Part shown: positions 24,731 to 37,211 of the stretch, one piece after another
How the letters are laid out: each line of letters starts with the position of its first letter
Position numbering within the stretch: the first letter of the stretch is position 1
From: Antedon mediterranea
Taxonomy: Eukaryota; Animalia; Echinodermata
Direction of reading: 5' to 3'
Assembly: GCF_964355755.1 (NCBI RefSeq)
Contig: NC_092677.1
Coordinates: 2,812,101 to 2,876,100 of the forward strand
Length of the DNA: 64,000 nucleotides
Position numbers and translations under genes: made by a program
Notes under the pieces: generated by a model
The model's database searches: none
Told to the model about the DNA's origin: nothing
What the model saw: only the letters and a program-made list of their open reading frames with translations

Positions 24731-25962
24731 TATTGTGTATTGTGATTTTTGTATATTTTGTAAGATCATTTTAATTCAGACCTTTTTATTTGAATTGCCC
24801 CGTGTGGGATGAGTAAAACATTTTGAATTGAATTGAATTGTCCCCTTGTCACATAATAGTTATCTACTATTAACTATAAAATAACCTATTCAAAGTCTGC
24901 TTTTATTAATCTTTATTTTTCATTCTTTAAATAATTGAAATGATGATATAATGAATATAGGCCTATATAGTTAAAAAAGAGACAATAAAGGAGGGTTACT
25001 GCAACGAAAGACAAAAAGAAAATAATTGAAGACATAGAGTACACCTTTTAAAAATATTTTTTAGATTCTGTAAGTAAATGCGATGTTATTAATTGATTGT
25101 ACGATTTTGAGTTGTATTTTGTGCACACTACCATTTCGAGGGTCTTCCTTGGCTTTTGCGCGTGTGGTTTTCTCTCTGCATGGTCTTAGCTTTAGAAACA
25201 CCCATCAGAAGTAGAGGACGACATTAAAAAAAAATATTATACAAATATGTTTTCGGTATTTAGATTTGTCACGCTGCTGCTTTAGCCAGCTACGTCCCAA
25301 GAAGACTACTCATTCAGAAGCTACTAAGTAAGCAGCAGTTATAGTTCTAGAGGCCGACGTTTTTGATAATTTGTAAACTAGGACGGGTCATGCTAAAATT
25401 ACAAACCCCAAAGCACGTCTGGGAGAAGAAAGTCTACAGTATGAAACAAATTGCTGATAATACAGTATTAATAGATGTAGACAAATCTGTAAAATCTTGT
25501 TCAATAAATAATGACTTTGTTCTTGCTGTCAACTTAGGCAAGTATAATATAATAATTCACTGTCAAATAATCAAAACATTATTTCTGTTTCATATCAAAG
25601 TGAATTCTTGTTGTATTTTACTTCAAATACAAAAGTTATTATAACCCCAAAACCATTGTCTGACAAACAATTTAAGTATTTTTTGCTTTAAATTACATTT
25701 TTTAGGTAAATAATTAGTTAACGTGAATAACTATTATGTGACAATAAAATGACACATTCAAAAACAAATTTGAAATAAAAAATATTTTTCAGGGGGACAA
25801 TATATCTTTAAAACTGTTACGTCAACAAGCGAGCAGCGTTTTTTGTAAGAAATATTTTTTGTTTATTTTGTTTTCGGTTTGTTTACGGTTGTTTTCGGTT
25901 ATTTACGATTGTTTTCTGTTATTTTCGGTTGTTTTCGGTTATCAGACTGACCCGAATTCCCA

Positions 25963-26545
25963 TTTTTTAGACTCTACAGCTCACTATGTCGGTCAGTAAA
26001 CACTAACTTGTATATGACCTTATCTTGATATCAGTTTAATCTAGCTAAGTCAATTTTTCACAGTATATTCCTTTGGCCAGGAATCGATGCGGTTATGTTT
26101 TCACGGTGCGCAATAAAAAATTACGCGGTCTACGCACGATTTAACGAAATCCAATTGTAATCATATCTTCACAACCATGAATCACAATTAAATAAAATTT
26201 GGTACTCATAAATTTCAGGGCATAAATCATCATATGGCAATACAATTAACATTAGCATGTAACGCATGCGTACACGCGCTTAAAAATTTTCAAAAATATG
26301 TTTATTGCCATGAGTGCACAGATTTTTAGTTAAATATTATTACGCACTCTTTTTGCCTGATTTCTGTTTTCTTGACTTACTTTTCAACTCGAAATTACGT
26401 TATACGAGCACGTCAAAAGTGACAGGCTACGCACGTGTAAATTAGAAAAATATAAATGTTTTTAAACATGTTCAGCAATTTCGGTCGGTCGGTCGGTAAA
26501 CACTAATAATGAGCACGCGACTGCAGCCATCTATATGGCCTTGTT
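25963..26545 (+). mobile_element. Helentron-associated non-autonomous element (HINE/DINE-like); the same 3' end is at 1-38
   Basis: Starts TTTTTAG, carries (CGGT)n and ends with GCC..GGC then CTTGTT. Inserted in a T-run without TSD relative to the empty site at 10541-10566. Confidence 0.7.
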
Positions 26546-26768
26546 TATCTGAGATCTTTGTGTTCTGCAGCTGCAAACACACATAGAGGGCGACATCCCA
26601 TGGAAATTTGGAAATCATCGATTGATGAGCTTGTGTCAAGCTAGCCAACAATAATAAGCCAGCCCACTTTTATTTTTTCCAGCCAACAATAACTATGAAA
26701 CGCCGTTTGTGCATTCTTTACATTTTCATTGTTACTTATGGCTTTTATGGTATTAGGAATTAAATATT

Positions 26769-27291
26769 TGTGAGAAAAACGGCGGATTGTTCCTGGGATT
26801 CACTTAGTGGGATTATACTATGGTACCTCGTTAGTCGTCCAGTATAGGTTAGAGTTGGAGCACTGGTCCCGGGTACTCAGCCCTCATCATTTAAATTTCA
26901 GTATAACTCAATTACGATTGTTAATATATAGTGAAATTTTATATTGTAATTGTGAGAAAACGGCGGATATATATATATTTAAAAAATTGTAATTCAGTTA
27001 CACTCAAATTTTAAAGATGAGTGCTGAGTAAACGGGACCAGTGGTCCCACTCTAAGTTATACTGGACGACTAAGGGGGTACCCTAGTAGCCTATAATCCC
27101 ACCAAGTGACTCCCAGGAACAATCCGCCATTTTCTCACAAATACAGTATCAAATTTCACTATATTTTAAAATATTAATCGTAATTGAGTTACACTAAAAA
27201 ACTTTAAAGATGAGGGCTGAGTAAATGGGATCAGTGGTCCCACTCTAACTTATACTGGACAACTAAGGAGGTACCCTAGTATAATCCCACC
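26769..27291. repeat. ~180-bp satellite-like units, one forward and two inverted
   Basis: GTGAGAAAA..GGCGGATTGTTCCTGGGA..CACT..GTGGGATTATA is found inverted at about 26990-27140 and 27140-27291. Confidence 0.8.
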
Positions 27292-27879
27292 TTGTGACTT
27301 TTCAGTCTGGCGTGCGCCCTCTAGCCTTCGGCTTGATATCTCGATGGCAGAAACACAGATAGAGGGCGACATCCCATGGATTTTGGAAAGCATCGATTTA
27401 TTGTTGTTGACATTGACAAAGATAGTGTATGTTCTTTCCTAGCTCTCTCTAGATCTCCGCGCCGCCGCTGATCGGGAATTACTAGCCTATATTTTGTATC
27501 ATTATTGACAAGTTGGATCCATTTTTTTGGATTGTAATTCATTTAGAAGGTTATATCTGTTAAACAATTCTTTATTGCCCTCTCTCTAGGCCTATATATA
27601 ATTACTACTTTCTATACTATTATTATAGGCCTACTACTAGGCTAGGCCTCTAGGTAGTAGGCCCCTAGCCTAGCTAGTAGGCCTACTACTAGTAGTAGTA
27701 GTATTTTATAGGCCTACTCTACTGGGACTAGGCCTACTCCTATGCCTAGTAGTAGTTGGCCTAGCTGGTTCATCTAAGCTATTCTAGGCCGGGCCTAGAA
27801 ACTAGCATGAGTAGGAGTCAGTGGTTTACTGACCAAGTGCCCAACAAAAATATAATTATGCAATACAAATTAAAAACGA

Positions 27880-28234
27880 AGTGGTTAGGATTCCGGCAGA
27901 ATTAACGCAATTTATTGGTCAATTGAAAATCGCTCATGCATGCACATTTTTATAACATCATGTACACAGTTCAACACCAATTTTTCCGACTGGTTGGATG
28001 GCTTAGTGGTGTGGTACTGCGGCTAGAGGTTTTGCTGGTCATTGTAGGTTCAATTCTCGATCAATTTTTTTTTAAATTTTATTGACCATCGTCTTTATTC
28101 ATCATCATCTTTACCCACCATTGCCTAGAGGGATGGTTTTTTTTAGTTTTAGGTTTTAGTTCTCAATGGAAAGTTTCTGTCGGAATCTGTTACAATGGGC
28201 AGTTGAGTTCCGGTGCCGGAGTCCTAACCACGGC
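27880..28234. mobile_element. MITE with TIR GTGGTTAGGATTCCGGCA and an internal tRNA-like segment; a shorter copy is at 8742-8870
   Basis: Inverted ends; internal TGGCTTAGTGG..GGTTCAATTC at about 27990-28063; absent from the paralog at about 545. Confidence 0.7.
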
Positions 28235-30933
28235 AAATTAAAAATATCAAATACAGTATTAATACTGTATTAAAAAAAAGTTGTCCATTTCAAATTTTGA
28301 TGAGGGATGGACATTGTGAAACCACATGGAGCAAACTCCATAAAAAAACACTCATTGTTTTGGTCCTAAATAATAATTATTTCAGATGAAACAATGCTAT
28401 TTTCAGGAGATGCGGTTGCAAAGGCAAAAAGGTTTGAGATCGAGGCTTATTTATGAGGTAACTCAGGTCAATGGTTAAATTAAACCGCTACACGTTTGTC
28501 TTCCAGACAAATAGACAAATTATATTTAAAAATATGAAATGCAATGTATAAAGAAATGTACAGGAATAGAGCTGCTATGACCTCATAAATTGTACTTATA
28601 CAAATTTCAAGTCTCAGCCTAAATGAAAAATTTTTTTTGCTTTAAATTACAATTTTCTCAAGTAAATAATTTTGTTGTTGGATCCAATTTGTTGTCAAAG
28701 TGAATAACTTTTATGTGCAATTGAAATGGCCTATTCAACTTAAAAATAATGTTTTCAGGGGGACTATACATCTTTAATGAAAAATACTTCACTGTTAAAT
28801 GAAATTGATATCAAATTTGTTCTAATAATGAACGATTAAAACTCTTTTTTTTTTATATGTATATAGCCCTGACGGGTAAGTAGTTTCAAGTGAAAATTAA
28901 TCACATAAGGATAATATAAAAAACTAAAAAAATGAAATTGTTACCTTGATGGGTTGTTTATGCTGGAATGACGAGTTATAATGAAGTTGTAGGGTTGGCG
29001 TTGAAAAAAAAAAAACCTACTTGTGAGACTGCGGTTTGATTTAGTTTGTTGGCGGAAGTTATGAGATGAGGGCGCCACATATTTATTTTGTTGAAAAACG
29101 AAATGAAGCAAGAGATGGTGGAAATGTAGGGCGGCGAAGCCGAAATGGTAGGGAAAGGAGGTACTCGGAAATGAAGCCACGGTAGGAAAAGAGGTTTGCA
29201 AGGCAACGGTGTCGGTCTCGTCGGATTATAGAGCAATATATTACATTTGTTGACAACTTAATGAGTATCTACATTATGATATATTGTTATGTAATCTATA
29301 AATAGTTGGTTTGATATTTAAATGAACTACAGATATTAAAAAACCGTAAAAGAAAGTGGTTTCTAAATTTCGTTTGCAGCGGCTTCCTTACAAATTGATG
29401 ACGCCCTCAACTACAACTTAGGTACATTTAAGCACTGACATCGAATGCAAGTACTGTACTGTCCTATGCGATGGGAATTCAATAGGATGAGAAAACATCC
29501 TTTATTGGCATATTATCAAAAAAAATGATTACGATTTAAAGTATAGAAATAATTTATGTCAAATAAATTTAAACAATAATTAAAGAGCAAATTATTTAAC
29601 ACTATATTTGATATATTATTTATTCATCATTCAAATTTTTCATAAATAATAACAATGTATTTATTATTCTACTCTGGCCTCTATATAGGTCTATTTTTAG
29701 TAAACTGTACATACATAATGGGTTCAATTTCATTTAAAAAAACTTTTTTCTCATTATTTATCTTCTATTTAAAGTTTTATACCCATTTAATATAAAATAA
29801 TTTTTACGTACCTTGAATATAGGCCTACTAAATTTACTATTGAACTGCTTCTTTTTTTTCTTTCTGCTGGTTTGAGTTTTCAGTTGGTTATTTTTTGTTT
29901 TTTAATACCTAATATATTAACTGGTTACATTTACTCCTAGGTGCAGTTTTTCTCATGGTTTATTTATATTCCCCATCATTTTGTTCGGTTTCTTCTAATG
30001 TTTTATACTTTTTATATGGTGAATCTGTGCCAACTACCGATGTTTTAATGTTATTACCAGGGGTGGCGCCAGGATCTTCCCGACGCGGGGGCTACATTCC
30101 CCGATGAGGGGGCTATGCGAACGAAGCGAGCATCACAAGGCTGGGGGTCAGGGGCCGCCAAGGGCCCCCGGTGGGTGTCCAGGGGGCGAAGCCCCCGGAA
30201 GCAATGCGTTCTAGCGTCATTTGAGGTCATTTTAATCAGATTTAGGGTAGCCATTTTTTCTATTTTTTATAATGCATAAATAAAATACTGCGTGCAAAAA
30301 AACGGTGCGCGATGACTGTTTCAACCCATATTTTTCAATTAAAAAAATAAAAGTTCAAAGAAAATTTAGAAAAATAGAATTGGAGGTCCTGGAAATTGGA
30401 CTTATTATACTTCAAAACATGAAACAAAATATATAAGTCCCTATCATGGTTGTGACTGAGCTAAGAAATGTTTGAAAAATAGAGATGTTAGGTCCCGGAA
30501 AATGCACTTCTTGTACTTCGAAATATGACCAGCTTTATTGTTAGGGCTGAGCTAAGAAAATGTTTAAAACTAGAGCTGCATTTTATACTTTGGAAACATC
30601 AGGCACAGAGGCTTAAAAAACGCAAGCGTAGACCTTTTCAGTCGGGGAAATAAGTTTATTCCTCCCAAGTGTATGCCTGCGTACCATCTGAACTTCCGAG
30701 TGGTGAGAAATTCATGACATACAGGACATTGAAAATGTAATAACTTAGCTATAATAAGATGTTGGCTAAGCGAAAATGGCATGTTTTTTTGTTTAGTAAT
30801 GGATGAAATATTTATTTTAGGTGCCCCACGGTACAGAAGGTTACTTGTAAATTAAAAAATTGGTGAACATACGAACAATTAACATAATTCGTTTTTGCTG
30901 TAGTGTAGCGTACGTCGACACAGTACACGACGT

Positions 30934-31436
30934 AACCGTCGGTAAACTTCGCCTGGAAAATAACTACAGTACACATTTTGGTCCCTGGATGGAACATGAT
31001 ATCACGACCCAACGTTGAACGATTCGTACAAAGGGATACCGCCAGACAAGTGCGTACCTATAGCTATTGTTTAGTAGTAAGTTAGATCGCTGGCGATAAT
31101 GAATGCATATAAAGTGCATAATATCACTCTGACGTACTCTCACGGTCAATGAAACGTCGAGGTTTTCTAGGCGCTGAAGCTACGAAATGAACGCGAACGA
31201 ATTATATTCCCCGACAAAAAGTACCCGAACCGTCGGTAAACTTCGCCTGGAAAATAACTACATTACACATTTTGGTCCCTGGATGGAACTTGATATCACC
31301 CGTCTCGACCCAACGTTGAACGATTTGTACAAAGGGATACCGCCAGACAAGTGCGTACCTAGCTAATGTTTAGTAGTTAAGTTAGATCGCTGGCAATAAT
31401 GAATGCATATAAATTGCATAATAGCACTCTGACGTA
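30934..31436. repeat. Direct repeat pair of about 205 bp (30934-31137, 31228-31436)
   Basis: AACCGTCGGTAAACTTCGCCTGGAAAATAACTAC..CTCTGACGTA occurs twice. Confidence 0.9.
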
Positions 31437-31654
31437 GTCCATAGTTTTGTATATTGTGAGCTGTTCTGTAAAAGTGTTAAACATTTTATTCAGTAATTGA
31501 TAAATTAATTGATAAAATAGTTGACATTTGTGAAAAAACAGTGATTCTTTATGTAAACGTCGTTTATGAAAAAACTGTAATGATTACGTACGTATCTTTG
31601 GTACTTGAAGGATCGAGCATCAAAGATTCCATGAAATAACGAGGGTTTCTTTTC

Positions 31655-32199
31655 TGCGAGTTGCGAGTTGAAAAATGCGAGTTGCGAGTTGGAAAATGCG
31701 AGTTGCGAGTTGGAAAATGCGAGTTGCGAGTCGGAAAATGCGAGTTGCGAGTCGGAAAGTGCGAGTTGCGGGTCGGAAAATGCGAGTTGCGAGTGGGAAA
31801 GTGCGAGTTGCGGGTCGGAAAGTGCGAGTTGCGGGTCGGAAAGTGCGAGTTGCGGGTCGGAAAATGCGAGTTGCGGGTCGGAAAGTGCGAGTTGCGGGTC
31901 GGAAAGTGCGAGTTGCGGGTCGGAAAGTGCGAGTTGCGGGTCGGAAAATGCGAGTTGCGAGTCGGAAAATGCAAGTTGCGAGTCGGAAAATGCGAGTTGC
32001 GGGTCGGAAAATGCGAGTTGCGGGTCGGAAAATGCGAGTTGAGGGTCGGAAAATGCGAGTTGCGAGTCGGAAAATGCGAGTTGCGAGTCGGAAAATGCGA
32101 GTTGCGGGTCGGAAAATGCGAGTTGCGAGTCGGAAAATGCGAGTTGCGAGTCGGAAAATGCGAGTTGCGGGTCGGAAAATGCGAGTTGCGGGTCGGAAA
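31655..32199 (+). repeat. 21-bp minisatellite TGCGAGTTGCG(A/G)GTCGGAAA(A/G), about 26 units
   Basis: Read directly. Confidence 0.97.
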
Positions 32200-32684
32200 T
32201 TGCAAAAATAATTTTTCAAGGAGGTCGTACCATCCAAAAAAATAATACATGAACCAAACAATCAGTAAATAAATTACAATTTAAATTTTGTTTAGTTTTT
32301 TTCATATTATGACCTGTTTAACAATTATAGACTAGTGATTCCTTTTTTAACATGGATGTTTAAAAATGGTTGAAATGAACTTATTTTGTATTTCAACACA
32401 AAACAATTATGTTATTGATACTTTATATTTTGAAATAATATAATTGTAAATATAGTAGATTAAAGTTATTATTTAATTTGTTTGCAATTACTGATAATGA
32501 TACAATTACTAATAATGATACAATAAATTATGTACATGTATTTTTGCCTTGTTAAATGAGAAAATAATAATAAATTGGTAAGAAAAACTCACATTAAAAA
32601 GTACAGTTTGTATTGTTTACAGTATTTAGGTAAGATGATTAATGATGATTAAAAACAGACATGATGGTTGGAGTCATTAGTACT

Positions 32685-32993
32685 ACTTTGTATTTATTTG
32701 TATTTTTGTATTTTGTATTAATATTTGTCCTCAGTGAGGAAATTCGGATTAGGCCCTCCACGGACCCACGGCAGCCAGCAGTGCAGCGCCTACCAGATTA
32801 GGCAATGAGAGTAAAGCATCTTGCCTAAGGATGCAATTAGTATGGTACAGATAACCTCGAACCCATGCCTATCACATGCTAGTCCGATATTACCATTACA
32901 CCATCACTCTCCAGTATATACAGCACCCGCCACGATTTCTAGACGGTCTCCCATCCAGAACGCAACCGGGCCCAACGTTGCTTAACTTCGGTC
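32685..32993 (-). mobile_element. Composite SINE: 5S rRNA-derived head, tRNA-derived segment, core and (AATACA)-type tail
   Basis: Minus strand GAAGTTAAGCAACGTTGGGCCCGGTT..TGGATGGGAGACCG..CGGGTGCTGTA matches the 3' part of 5S, followed by TGGTGTAATGG..GGTTCGAG and TCCTTAGGCAAGATGCTT. Confidence 0.75.
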
Positions 32994-34770
32994 CCATAAA
33001 CAGGGCAAGGAAACACATACCATACCTACAGATAATGGTCAAATTTTCAAAGCTATATTATTTTCTTAGAATCATAGTCAATTCTTTATGTTTATAATAT
33101 TTTTTTGTTAAACATTTTCAGACAAACTGTTCATAGATACATATAAATACATATGAATACAAAAAAAAAGAGAAGAAATACACAGTTTATTATGTGTAAC
33201 ACCCATCAGCAAATCATGGAGAGGACCAATTAATGTATCTATTGAAATATAGTGCATCTCTCCAATTAAAATACATTCTGGAATCTAACCATATATTCAT
33301 AATCTACATTTTGTTTGCTTTTCATAATTTTGGAAAGAAGACTGTAAATTGTCAACCTAAAAAATTCATAAGAAGATGGAATATTGTTTTCTACAAATAA
33401 TTTTCTCTGACTTAGATATCGGATTGTCAACAACAACATGCGGAATAAACACAAATACATGCTTTAGTATGTACACGTACAGTACAGTAGGCATCTGTCA
33501 AATGTACTATGTGTATTTAAAGTAACTTTAGCAGGGTACAGATTTAAATACTGAAATCACTGGTTTGTTTTTAGAGAAAATATAACTTATAACTAAGATA
33601 ATTCAAATTTACTTGAATTGAATTGTTGAATTTAGGTGACAATAATCATTGATCTGCGCCCACAATTACATAGGAGAAGGAATTATTATTACTTATATAC
33701 AGTATTGTTTGATGAAATGTGTGATACAGTAGGTGAAATGAAGTTGTATTTTAGTTGTTGTTCAACGCGATGATCAAATATACAACACTTTTTAATTTTA
33801 ATTTTTTATTTGATTATGTTTTTCCTTTGTAATGTATTATATGATGAAATAAAAAAAAAAAAAAAAAAAAAAATATACAACACACTAAGAATGTAAAATT
33901 AAACTGTACATTTTGTATTGCAAGTGAAAAGATGCAGTAGAGTCGCATATAAAAAAACACTTGATCCTCAAATAAATGAATACACAGAATACATTAGAAA
34001 GTACTGGAATCAACACAGTGTTGCTTGCTTATGAATTGGTTAAACTGACTGATTAAATGAGGAGATTGCACCCTTATTTATATCTTATTGATATATGGGG
34101 GTGTCAATTATGACTTCATCGCATAACTTAGAGATGAGAATAGTTAGTTTTTAGATGAAACTTAAATGACATCATCATCTTTAAGAAGAAATTATAGATG
34201 ACATCATACCAACTTTAAGTCACAATCCCTTATTTGGTATAGTACACAACAAGTGTCCATGACAGGTAAATGTCATAACATAATGGGCCCTTTGGGAGTA
34301 CCTAGTACAAAAGTCTGCATAGTGTAGTGCTGACTTATACAAGTAATAATATGTTAACAATTATATGAAAATGATTGTGTAAATAATAAAGTTAAAAGTA
34401 AAGTCTAAAAGTAAAAATGCATTAAAAATCATGTGGTGGGCTAAACTGTCAGGCTTCTTATATTTATTAGTAGGTAGCAGACACAAATCTACAATGTGGA
34501 CCTTTATCAAAGCAGTCATTAATTGTTTTAGTAAAAGATACCTGCCCCAGGGTGTGAGTTAATTGCTTCATGGAGACCATGATGAAGAATTCATTATCTT
34601 TTAAACCTACCACCAACCCCACCTCAGCTCCTCCTCCCAACCAAGATCCACATACCATACATCCCTGAGATGGTTCAAATGTAGTAAATTTAAAATCAGA
34701 TTATTTGATACAACATTACCTCTAAATGCCAGTATTTCCTTATACATGAACATTCAAACAAACAAAAATA

Positions 34771-35330
34771 AGCGAGTTAAAAAAAATCTGAGAGTTAAAA
34801 AAAAATCTGCGAGTTAAAAAAAATCTGCGAGTTAAAAAAAAATCTGCGAGTTAAAAAAAATCTGCGAGTTAAAAAAAAATCTGCGAGTTAAAAAAAAATC
34901 TGCGAGTTAAAAAAAAATCTGCGAGTCAAAAAAAAATCTGCGAGTTAAAAAAAAATCTGCGAGTTAAAAAAAATTTGCGAGTTAAAAAAAAATCTGCGAG
35001 TTAAAAAAAAATCTGCGAGTTAAAAAAAATCTGCGAGTTAAAAAAAAATCTGCGAGTTAAAAAAAAATCTGCGAGTTAAAAAAAATTTGCGAGTTAAAAA
35101 AAAATCTGCGAGTTAAAAAAAAATCTGCGAGTTAAAAAAAATTTGCGAGTTAAAAAAAAATCTGCGAGTTAAAAAAAAATCTGCGAGTTAAAAAAAAATC
35201 TGCGAGTTAAAAAAAAATCTGCGAGTTAAAAAAAATTTGCCAGTTAAAAAAAAAATCTGCGAGTTAAAAAATCTGCGAGTTAAAGACAAATCTGCCAGTT
35301 ACAAAACAAATCTGCCAGTTACAAAACAAA
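34771..35330 (+). repeat. 18-20-bp minisatellite TGCGAGTTAAAAAAAAATC, about 29 units
   Basis: Read directly; shares the TGCGAGTT core with the flanking 21-bp arrays. Confidence 0.95.
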
Positions 35331-36116
35331 TGCTTGATTTAAAAACATAAATGTTATATATTTATCAGTTACAATTGGATAACCCTTCTCTTTTAACATT
35401 TTGGTGAGCCACTTGAGTGTTCATTTCGATTTTAATCTTTTGGATTTTGAACTCTTTACTTTGTTTTGTTTTTGTCTGATGAAATAAATGAAAAAATATA
35501 CATATTTGAAAATTCTCACTCTGTTTATATATATATGTGTGTGTGTGTGGGGGGGGGGGGGTATTAAGGTGGCACATAAGGAGATACTGGCATGTTTGCA
35601 TTAGTAGTTATTATTTGTTTTTTGTACTAAAAACAAGTTAAATTAAATCAATGGCAATCACATAGATAAAAGAAGATAAAAGTAAGAGATAAACTGGTCA
35701 CTCATCTGCAAACAATAATAAATCAAAAGGTATTATATTCCATTTTAAATAACTTGAGATTGTTTTACAATGGACCTAAGAGAGTCCTCCCAACCAACAC
35801 CAACTCCTTCAAATGTAGTCAATTTTAAATCAAAGTAGATTATTTTGATACCTCACTACCTTAAATGCATGCCAGTATCTCCTTATATGCACACTTTACC
35901 CTGCACCCTTAAAAAGCTTCCGTCCATCCATGTACAAATTCCGGTTATCACTATCATCACTTTATCTCTCTTCTACCAGAGAAAATCCAGAAGAATAGTG
36001 TTCAGAACATTCAGAATACAGATACAGGTAGTGGACTGCACTAAACACTTTAAGCATGTCAAAACACGGGTGTTTCAAAACTAGACCCGAGACCAGAGAC
36101 CCGAGACCCTATAAGA

Positions 36117-36276
36117 AAAGGGAGACCCCACTATACGAAAAGGGAGACTCCACTATACGAAAATGGAGACCCCACTATACGAAAAGGGAGACCCCACTAT
36201 ACGAAAAGGGAGACCCAAATATACGAAAAGGGAGACCCAAATATACGAAAAGGGAGAACTAAATATACGAAAAGGG
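36117..36276 (+). repeat. 22-bp minisatellite AAAAGGGAGACCCCACTATACG, about 7 units
   Basis: Read directly. Confidence 0.9.
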
Positions 36277-36748
36277 GTTGTATGGGGTTAAATCATATGT
36301 TACGGGCTCTTGGCCTATACTCATCTCGTGGAGTTTTTGCCTGAGAAACAGTGTTTCTTCACCAAGTGAATCTAATCTAGGCCTACCTCCAGTGCTTAGC
36401 CTAGAACTGTAGTAAGCACTGACTTAACTAAAACATAAACAAGTTGAGCATTCAGAAACAAATAATGCTAAAGTGAATAATAAAAAAATATTGTAAGCAG
36501 TGTTAAGAAAATAATTAAATTTCTTGCCATTGTCATATATGCCACAATAGGTTAATTTTGGTGATCATCCTACACTATGTACAGAGTCTACACACCTGGG
36601 TGGGTTGTATCATGTCGCACTGGTCGCACATATGCGAGCAAAAATGCAGATCAAATATAATGATTAATTGTTTCATATCACATGCTCAGGCAATTTGTTT
36701 CTAACATCCACAATACAACCCACTCTATTTTGTTTAGGACTGGTGTAT

Positions 36749-37101
36749 TTGACCCGCAACTCGCGTTTTTTGACCCGCAACTCGCGTTTTTCGACCCGCA
36801 ACTCGCGTTTTCCGACCCGCAACTCGCGTTTTCCGACTCGCAACTCGCACTTTCCGACTCGCAACTCGCACTTTCCGACTCGCAACTCGCACTTTCCGAC
36901 TCGCAACTCGTACTTTCCGACTCGCAACTCGCACTTTCCGACTCGCAACTCGCACTTTCCGACTCGCAACTCGCACTTTCCGACTCGCAACTCGCACTTT
37001 CCGACTCGCAACTCGCACTTTCCGACTCGCAACTCGCACTTTCCGACTCGCAACTCGCACTTTCCGACTCGCAACTCGCACTTTCCGACTCGCAACTTGC
37101 A
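36749..37101 (-). repeat. Same 21-bp minisatellite as 31655-32199, inverted, about 17 units
   Basis: CTTTCCGACTCGCAACTCGCA is the reverse complement of the 31.7-kb unit. Confidence 0.97.
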
Positions 37102-37211
37102 TTGAAGTAACACTCTGAAATAACGTACTTCCGGACTCGGTCAATCAAAAAAACCTCCACCTTTTATTTGTGATTATAAAGTTAGCAGCCAAGTTACCAC
37201 CACCGGCAAAA

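Noticed and set aside
30934-31436. LTR pair of a miniature retrotransposon
   Set aside because: No TG..CA termini, primer-binding site or TSD could be identified.
32919-32993. 5S rRNA gene
   Set aside because: Lacks the 5' part of 5S, is diverged, and is fused to SINE modules.
31564-37160. Long repetitive ORFs in several frames (FPTRNSH, CELRVGK)
   Set aside because: Products of stop-free 21-bp minisatellites open on both strands; no coding evidence.
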